DNA from: an uncultured Clostridia bacterium
GTDB taxonomy: Bacteria > Bacillota > Clostridia > Christensenellales > CAG-314
DNA: 64,000 nucleotides
Direction: 5' to 3'
NCBI GenBank assembly: GCA_944336125.1
Contig: CALVLA010000001.1
Coordinates: 162,516 to 226,515, forward strand
Shown here: one piece after another, positions 57,851 through 64,000 of the stretch
How the letters are laid out: each line of letters starts with the position of its first letter
Numbering within the stretch: the stretch's first letter is position 1
Program-made: the position numbers and the translations under genes
The notes under the pieces: model-generated
What the model was told of the DNA's origin: nothing
The model's input: only the letters and a program-made list of their open reading frames with translations
Databases searched by the model: none

Positions 57851-59280
57851 TTTGTCCTCCCGATGACAAGGTTGCTGCCCTTGCCGAATTTAGTTATTTC
57901 AGTAGGGTCCTTGTCAAGTTCCCTAGACAGAATTTCCATAACCCTAGGAGTGCAGAAGCCGGCCTGACATCTGCCCATGCCTGCTCTCGTCCTGCGTTTG
58001 ATGCCGTCCATATCTCTTGCTCCGAGAGGTCTGTTGATAGCGTCGACGATTTCGCCCTCGGTAACGTTTTCGCAGCGGCAAACGATTCTGCCGTAAAGTT
58101 TGTTTTGAGCGATAAGCTTTTGCCTGTCCTCGTCAGACATTGTCGCAAAATGCGGTATACCTTTGCGTTTTCCGTTAAAGGACTTGTTAACTTGGAGCGA
58201 AAGTTTTTTTGCTATGTCCTCAGCCACGTCGACTGCGATTGCAGGCGCGCTGGAAAGACCCGGCGACTCGATGCCTGCGACGTTGAAGAAGTTTTCGACG
58301 TCGCTTTCGCCTATGATAAAGTCGTTTACGTCGGCGTGAGCGCGAAGCCCTGCGAACTGAGTGATAATATTTCGTCTGTTAAGCGAAGGAACGGAAAGCG
58401 ACGCTTTGTCGAAAGCGTTGTTAAGTCCCTCGTAAGTGGTGTCCACATCGTCTTTTGACGGAATGTCGTCGGCGGTAGGACCTACGAGAATATTTCCGTG
58501 AGTGGACGGAGCAACGAGAACGCCTTTGCCCATTGCGGTAGGAAGCTGGAACAAAGTAGCGTCGGTGAGACCGCCGCATTTTTTGTCAAGCAGGCAGTAC
58601 TCCCCTTTTCTCGAAATGATTTTGAATTTTTTGTCGCAAACCATGTTGTTTATCACGTCGGCGTAAACGCCTGCGCAGTTTACTACGACTTTGGCTTGCA
58701 GCACGCTTCCGTCGGCAAGTTTGACGTCAAACACGCCGTCCTTTTTAACTATCGAAACGACTTCTGCGTCAAGCTTGAACTCAACGCCGTTTACGCATGC
58801 GTTTTCGGCATAAGCAACCGTCATTTCGTAAGGACTTGCGATTGCCGAAGCCTTTACGTACAAAGCGGCGGTAACTTCGGGCGATACGTTAGGTTCGAGT
58901 TCGCGCGCCCTGTCTCCCGACACGATTTCCATGTCCTCCGCTTTTACGCCGTTTGCCACGCCTTGGTCATAAAGCTCTTTGAGTTTTCCTTCGTCTTTTT
59001 TATCGAAGCACAAAACAAAGGCGCCGTTTTTCCTGTAAGGAAAATCCAGCTCTTTCGACAGCTCTTCCATCATTCTCGCGCCCAAAACGTTGTAAATCGC
59101 TTTGTTTGAGCCTGTTTTAGCGTCGAAACCCGCGTGTACTATACCCGAGTTGGCTTTGCTTGTGCCCATCGACACGTCGTTTTCCTTTTCGATAAGCACG
59201 AATTTTCCGACGTATCTCGACAGCTCTCTGGCGACGGAACAACCTATCACGCCACCCCCCACAATCAACACATCATACAT
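57847..59280 (-). CDS. FAD-dependent glycerol-3-phosphate dehydrogenase/oxidase with BFD-like [2Fe-2S] domain
   Basis: GGGVIG, TSKANSGIVHAG, GIESPGLSSAPA and CRCE..GMGRCQAGFC motifs. Confidence 0.88.
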   Translation of the reverse strand: MYDVLIVGGGVIGCSVARELSRYVGKFVLIEKENDVSMGTSKANSGIVHAGFDAKTGSNKAIYNVLGARMMEELSKELDFPYRKNGAFVLCFDKKDEGKLKELYDQGVANGVKAEDMEIVSGDRARELEPNVSPEVTAALYVKASAIASPYEMTVAYAENACVNGVEFKLDAEVVSIVKKDGVFDVKLADGSVLQAKVVVNCAGVYADVINNMVCDKKFKIISRKGEYCLLDKKCGGLTDATLFQLPTAMGKGVLVAPSTHGNILVGPTADDIPSKDDVDTTYEGLNNAFDKASLSVPSLNRRNIITQFAGLRAHADVNDFIIGESDVENFFNVAGIESPGLSSAPAIAVDVAEDIAKKLSLQVNKSFNGKRKGIPHFATMSDEDRQKLIAQNKLYGRIVCRCENVTEGEIVDAINRPLGARDMDGIKRRTRAGMGRCQAGFCTPRVMEILSRELDKDPTEITKFGKGSNLVIGRTK

Positions 59281-59310
59281 AACAATCAGCCTCGCGTTAA
59301 TAAATTATCA

Positions 59311-59432
59311 AAGAAAAAAATCGCAATTTAGACGGAGAAAAACTCCACCTATATTGCGACTCCCGAACCCTTACAATATAAATGCGATGTTTAGATATAC
59401 ATAAGTATAAAATTAAAAAATGTCATTGTCAA
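59311..59432 (-). promoter_or_regulatory. glp operon promoter with leader terminator (probable GlpP antitermination site)
   Basis: TTGACA-17-TATACT (59432-59404); leader hairpin TCGCAAT..ATTGCGA plus T-tract (59359-59311) before the first gene; glpP upstream. Confidence 0.7.
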
Positions 59433-59504
59433 TAGTGAATTTTAAAATTCACGGTTAATTTTACGACAAAAAAAGGCGCGGAGTCTTTCCGCGCCTTAAA
59501 AGGG

Positions 59505-60077
59505 TCATTTGCACCAAAAACATTCCTTGCTTACCGAACAGCAAATCGCTCCGTGAGCTATCGCGTCGTCGATATGTTTCCGTGAGGAAATGAGTCCCCC
59601 CGTGATTACTTCCGCCCCCGTTTCCTTTTTGAAAACGCCAATCATTTCAGGCAAAATACCCGGGAGAATTTCCACCGCGTCCGCCTTGTTTTTTTGTGAG
59701 TTGACGAGCGCGGTCTGCACCGAGTGCGAATCTATGAGAAACACTCTGAAAACGCAAAACATGCCGTATTGCTTTGCCGACTTGATCACCGAGTTTTTGG
59801 TAGAGATAATGCCGTCGGGTCTTATCACTTCGGAAACGTATTTTACCGCCTCGTCGTCGTTGGCAAGCCCTTCCAGCAAATCGAGGTGAACAAAAACTCT
59901 TTTTCCCCTCGCGTGGCAAAGGTCAACGACGTTTTTCACTTCGGAAATGTTGCTTTTGAGCAAAAACAAAACTTTTGCCTTGCTTTCCACCGCGCTTTCA
60001 AGCTGCGAAGTAGTTTTGATTGCGGGAACGATTTTTGTTTCTTTAAGCAGTTTAATGAGTTGCGACATTAAGGTCAT
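59505..60077 (-). CDS. glpP: Glycerol-3-phosphate-responsive antiterminator
   Basis: FVHLDLLEGL, DGIISTK, RVFLIDS, VEILPG and ITGGLI motifs. Confidence 0.9.
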   Translation of the reverse strand: MTLMSQLIKLLKETKIVPAIKTTSQLESAVESKAKVLFLLKSNISEVKNVVDLCHARGKRVFVHLDLLEGLANDDEAVKYVSEVIRPDGIISTKNSVIKSAKQYGMFCVFRVFLIDSHSVQTALVNSQKNKADAVEILPGILPEMIGVFKKETGAEVITGGLISSRKHIDDAIAHGAICCSVSKECFWCK

Positions 60078-61431
60078 CCTCCGTTAAATTAACTTTAAAT
60101 TTAGGGCGCCACTTTCCCGCCTTGAAGTAAACGAAACACATGACAATAGAGCATACGCTTGCGATAGGAGCGGCAAGACCCATTTCAAACATACCGACCC
60201 CTGCCGTAACGCTGAACAGCCATGCGAGAGGCACGCGTACTGCGAAGGTGGCGATGAGGCTGTGCGCCATGGTAAAAAAGGTTTTCCCGCAGCCGTTGAA
60301 AAATCCGTTCATGCAGAAAATGAAACAAACCAAAATTATGTCCATAGCGTAAGAGCGCAGATACCAAAAACCCACCGATACGGTTTGAGAGTCTTTTGTA
60401 AAAATTGAAAGAAGCAGCGGACCTCCGCCCACTTCGATAAAAACAACAATTACGGCGGCAATGCCCAAAGTGAAAAGCATGCCGTATTTCAAACAAAGTT
60501 TTGCCCTGTCCGCCCTGTCCGCGCCTATGTTCTGCGCCGTCATGGCGGCGATAGCCATTGACATCGCGGTGGTAGGAAGCATAGCGAAACAAATGACTTT
60601 TTCCACAACGCCCACCGCCGCCGATTCGATAAGTCCCTTTGAGTTTAAAATGGCGGTGATGATAAGGAAGGAAATGTTTACCAACGCCTCCTGCAAAGCC
60701 ACAGGAGTGCCGAAACGTAAAATGCCTCCCGTTTTTTGCCTGTCGAGACGAATATGTTTTGCTTTTACCTCGAGGCCGAAACCTTTGACTTTGAGGTAAA
60801 CGAGTGAAAACAAAAAGCTCAACGCCTGCGCGATGACGGTAGCAAGCGCGGCACCCGCCGCTTTCATGTCAAACACCGCCACAAAAAGCAAGTCAAGTCC
60901 GATGTTTACTATGCAGGCAACTATTACGAAAATCATCGGGCTTTTGGAGTCCCCCATGCCGCGGAGAATACCGCTCACGGCGTTGTAGCCCACGATAAAC
61001 ACGATGCCTATCGAACAAATGAATATGTACTCGTCGGTCTGGTCGAGAGCCGCCTCGGGCGCCTGCATGAGAATTGCCGTCTGCCTTGAAAAAAGCAGCA
61101 TAATCCCCGTAAACACAACCGCCACCACGAGAAAAAGCATTATGGCGGTGCCCACGGTTTTTGCGGCGTCCTCTTTTCGTTTTGCTCCGATATACTGACC
61201 GATAAGAACCGTCGCTCCCGTCGACAACCCCATAACTATGCCGGTAATTGTTTTCATCACCTGACTTCCCGTCGACACCGCGGAGCTTTCGACAGGCGTG
61301 CAAAACTGACCGACGACAAGCAAGTCAACGGCGCCGTAAAGCTGCTGCAAAAAGTAAGCAACCAAAAAAGGTATCGCGAAACGCATGAGGGTGGGGAAAA
61401 TTTTCCCCTCGACGAGATTGTTTTTTTCCAT
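60052..61431 (-). CDS. MATE family efflux transporter
   Basis: QQLYGAVD, RGMGDSKSP and NIGLDL motifs. Confidence 0.92.
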   Translation of the reverse strand: MEKNNLVEGKIFPTLMRFAIPFLVAYFLQQLYGAVDLLVVGQFCTPVESSAVSTGSQVMKTITGIVMGLSTGATVLIGQYIGAKRKEDAAKTVGTAIMLFLVVAVVFTGIMLLFSRQTAILMQAPEAALDQTDEYIFICSIGIVFIVGYNAVSGILRGMGDSKSPMIFVIVACIVNIGLDLLFVAVFDMKAAGAALATVIAQALSFLFSLVYLKVKGFGLEVKAKHIRLDRQKTGGILRFGTPVALQEALVNISFLIITAILNSKGLIESAAVGVVEKVICFAMLPTTAMSMAIAAMTAQNIGADRADRAKLCLKYGMLFTLGIAAVIVVFIEVGGGPLLLSIFTKDSQTVSVGFWYLRSYAMDIILVCFIFCMNGFFNGCGKTFFTMAHSLIATFAVRVPLAWLFSVTAGVGMFEMGLAAPIASVCSIVMCFVYFKAGKWRPKFKVNLTEDDLNVATH

Positions 61432-61526
61432 ATTTTTTTCGCCGCGAAATTTGTCGGCTACAAAAAATTATATAAATTTAACGAAAAAAAATCAAGCAAA
61501 AAGCGGTCTTGCGACCGCTTTTAAAA

Positions 61527-62894
61527 TCATTTGGATTGGAGAAGTCCGGGAGCCAACTTGTTGATTAAGTATTCCAGCTCGTCGTCGCCGTACTTGGTAA
61601 CTCTGCCGTTAGCGTACTCCTTGTCGATGTATTCCTTTACCGGCAAAAGTCTTTCATCGTTTTTTGAAACTATTTCGCGTCCTGCGTAAAGGTTTACCCA
61701 GTGAGCGATGCCGGCGATACCCGAAGCGTTGTTGATTGCCACGCGAGGAGGTCTGTTCAAAATTTTCTGTGTGTCGAAAATGTTGTAAATTTCCTCGTCC
61801 TTCATAAGGCCGTCGGCGTGAACGCCTGCAAGGGTTGTGTTGAAATCCCTTCCCACAAAAGGCGTCTGACGCGGAATTTTGTAGTTAAGCTCCTTTTCGT
61901 AATATTCTGCGATTTCGGTGATAACCCTTGTGTCCATACCGTCGGTAGTACCTCTGAGCTGAGCGTACTCGATGACCATAGCTTCGAGAGGAGTGTTGCC
62001 CGTTCTCTCGCCGATACCCAAAAGCGAGCAGTTTACACCGCTTGCGCCGTAAAGCCAAGCGTATGCCGCGTTTATTACCGACTTGTAAAAGTCGTTGTGG
62101 CCGTGCCACTCAATGCACTCGCTAGGAATTTCGGCGTGGAAATGCAAACCGTGGATTATACCCGGGACGCTGCGCGGCAGCGACGCGCCGGTGTAAGGAA
62201 CGCCGTAACCCATTGTGTCACAGGCGCGGATTTTAATTTTGATACCGCTTTCGTCCATGAGGCGTTTGAGTTCGAAGGCAAAAGGAACGACAAAACCGTA
62301 AAAGTCGGCGCGGGTGATGTCCTCCATGTGGCAGCGAGGCTTGATACCCACGCTTATGGCGTCCTTGATTATGCCGAGGTACTTGTCCATAGCCTGTTTT
62401 CTGGTAAGACCCAGTTTTTTGAAAATATGATAGTCGCTGCAGCTGACGAGGATACCGCACTCTTTAAAGCCCATTTCCTTTGCGAGAAGGAAGTCCTCTT
62501 TTTTTGCCCTTATCCAGCCTGTGATTTCAGGAAATTCATAGCCGAGTTCCTGACATTTTCTGACAGCCTGCCTGTCTTTTTCGCTGTAAAGGAAAAACTC
62601 GCTTTGTCTGACAAGACCTTTAGGTCCGCCGAGTTTATGAAGCAGTTTGAAAAGATGAACGATTTGTTCGACGGTATAAGGAGCGCGCGACTGCTGACCG
62701 TCACGGAAAGTGGTGTCGGTAATCCATATTTCGTCGGGAACCGACATAGGAACCTGACGTCTGTTGAAGGTGACTTTCGGAATCTCCTGATAGTTGTAGA
62801 TGTCGCGGTAAAGATTAGGTTCCGCGACGTCTTGCAGCTGATAGTGGTAAAGAGGTTCGTCCAAAGTATTGTAATGGTCGTTAAATTTAATCAT
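61527..62894 (-). CDS. Re-citrate synthase-like DRE-TIM metallolyase
   Basis: ITDTTFRDGQQS, RQSEFF, EWHGHNDF, GERTGN and HADGLMKDEEIYNIF motifs; no LeuA regulatory domain. Confidence 0.8.
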   Translation of the reverse strand: MIKFNDHYNTLDEPLYHYQLQDVAEPNLYRDIYNYQEIPKVTFNRRQVPMSVPDEIWITDTTFRDGQQSRAPYTVEQIVHLFKLLHKLGGPKGLVRQSEFFLYSEKDRQAVRKCQELGYEFPEITGWIRAKKEDFLLAKEMGFKECGILVSCSDYHIFKKLGLTRKQAMDKYLGIIKDAISVGIKPRCHMEDITRADFYGFVVPFAFELKRLMDESGIKIKIRACDTMGYGVPYTGASLPRSVPGIIHGLHFHAEIPSECIEWHGHNDFYKSVINAAYAWLYGASGVNCSLLGIGERTGNTPLEAMVIEYAQLRGTTDGMDTRVITEIAEYYEKELNYKIPRQTPFVGRDFNTTLAGVHADGLMKDEEIYNIFDTQKILNRPPRVAINNASGIAGIAHWVNLYAGREIVSKNDERLLPVKEYIDKEYANGRVTKYGDDELEYLINKLAPGLLQSK

Positions 62895-63035
62895 GCTGCG
62901 CCTCCGAAAAAGCAACAAAGTTTTTAAAGATTATACGCACGCTCCGTTGAGTTTGTCAACATAAGAGAACGCGAAAAAAAACAAAAAATCCGCGGAATAA
63001 TCCGCGGATAACTTTAACAACGATATTTCAAAAAA

Positions 63036-63431
63036 TCAATTTATAGTCAGCAAGCCGTCGGCATAACTGAAACGGTATGTTCTGCCGTCTGCGCCGTCCT
63101 GTCCGTTTGTACCGTCCCTGCCGTTTGTCACGGTAAAAGTCGAGGTACTTCCGTTGGAAAGGGTGATGGTGTAAGTGTCAACCAGTCCCGAAGTCGAGGT
63201 TTTTGTTACCGAAGTAACGCCTACGCCGTCCTTGCCGTCGGCTCCGTCCTGCCCGTTTTGCCCTGCGGCGCCGGGGTCGCCTTTTTCGCCTTTATAGCCG
63301 GCAGGGTATCTTACTCCCTGCCAGTCGATATACAAATATCCCGTTTCCTTGTCCAGAATAAACTGCCCGTCGGCAATGGGAAGCGAATTTATACCGCTTA
63401 CCGTGACGGGTTTCATAAATACGTCGGCCAT
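63036..63431 (-). CDS. Collagen-repeat protein, phage tail-fibre-like
   Basis: G-X-Y triplets flanking GVGVTSVTKTSTSGLVDTYTITLSNGSTSTFTVTNG; AGGAGG SD. Confidence 0.65.
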   Translation of the reverse strand: MADVFMKPVTVSGINSLPIADGQFILDKETGYLYIDWQGVRYPAGYKGEKGDPGAAGQNGQDGADGKDGVGVTSVTKTSTSGLVDTYTITLSNGSTSTFTVTNGRDGTNGQDGADGRTYRFSYADGLLTIN

Positions 63432-64000
63432 TTAAATTTCCTCCTGCCAGACAATGTTGGTAATGGGCGGATTTACTCCGTCCCCCCAGATAAGCACTCC
63501 CGCGTCTCCGCGTATGCCCTGCGCTCCTCTTTCGCCGGTGTCACCCTTGTCGCCCTTCGGCCCCTGAGGTCCGGTGTCCCCCTTGTCCCCTTTGTCGCCT
63601 TTCGGGCCTTGCGGACCAATTTCTCCCTGTACGCCCTGAATGCCTTGCTCTCCCTGAATGCCTTGGTCACCCTTGTCGCCTTTTATGCCCTGAATGCCCT
63701 GCGGACCCGTTTCCCCCTGAGGTCCGTCGTATTTTCCTGCGGCGAGGTCGGCTTCGAACTGAGTGATGGTGTCGTCAAGGTTTTGCATGCTTTGCAAAAA
63801 CTTTTCCTGCGTTTCCTTTGCCTCTTTGAAAAATGCCTGAATTTGCGTGAGAAAGTCCTCGCGGAAATATACGGGAATTGTGGCGTTTACGCTTTTGCCT
63901 ACGCCGAAACAAACTCGCTGAGTTTTAAAAATATAGTCGGCGTCGTCGCTTTTGACGACAAGCTGCGCCCACACTTCGCCGCTGCCCGAAAGCACCGCGT
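63432..64000 (-). CDS. Collagen-repeat protein, possibly BppU-like baseplate/tail protein (5' end outside window)
   Basis: About 25 G-X-Y triplets after a beta-rich segment and a coiled coil; the frame runs to the window edge. Confidence 0.6.
   Translation of the reverse strand, partial: AVLSGSGEVWAQLVVKSDDADYIFKTQRVCFGVGKSVNATIPVYFREDFLTQIQAFFKEAKETQEKFLQSMQNLDDTITQFEADLAAGKYDGPQGETGPQGIQGIKGDKGDQGIQGEQGIQGVQGEIGPQGPKGDKGDKGDTGPQGPKGDKGDTGERGAQGIRGDAGVLIWGDGVNPPITNIVWQEEI

Noticed and set aside
61701-62927. Long antisense ORFs (this one, also 47464-48621, 9021-9839 and others)
   Set aside because: Shadow frames of well-supported genes; no motifs or SD.
63429-63434. In-frame TAA immediately followed by ATG between the two collagen genes, as a possible UAA read-through target of the UUA tRNA
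   Set aside because: The downstream gene has its own AGGAGG SD, there is no redox-motif context and no obvious SECIS; ordinary translational coupling explains it.

Overview
Chromosomal segment of a spore-forming anaerobic Firmicute, Clostridia-like (spoIIE-tilS-hpt, addAB, SigG/SigK-type promoters, CIRCE). Most genes are housekeeping or metabolic: pyrE, addAB, tadA, rlmH, fumarase, icd/aconitase/Re-citrate synthase, nrdDG, nadE, gcvH-lpdA-lplA, a glycerol operon and three MATE transporters. It also holds a four-tRNA cluster followed by tRNA-linked repeats and an AT-rich DUF2075 nuclease-helicase islet, plus collagen-repeat phage-tail-like genes at the right edge. The most striking region is a selenium cluster (43.4-51.3 kb) with selA, a Cys-type selD, yedE, yedF, a SirA-like protein, two DUF3343 genes and two cysteine desulfurase/Sec-lyase genes. 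No selB is present in the window. Its tRNA-Sec keeps promoter, terminator and SerRS/SelA identity elements, but the anticodon arm is altered (8-nt loop CUUUAAAA, UUA instead of UCA). This suggests UAA recoding or a translation-independent tRNA-scaffolded selenium pathway. Other notable items are an unnamed structured leader with CUCC(U) repeats before yedE-selD, a T-box on an XRE-cupin-acyl-CoA ligase fusion, a probable start-site-switch attenuator before pyrE, an ApbE-NusG_II fusion and several apparently leaderless genes. All calls come from reading the sequence; no searches were run.
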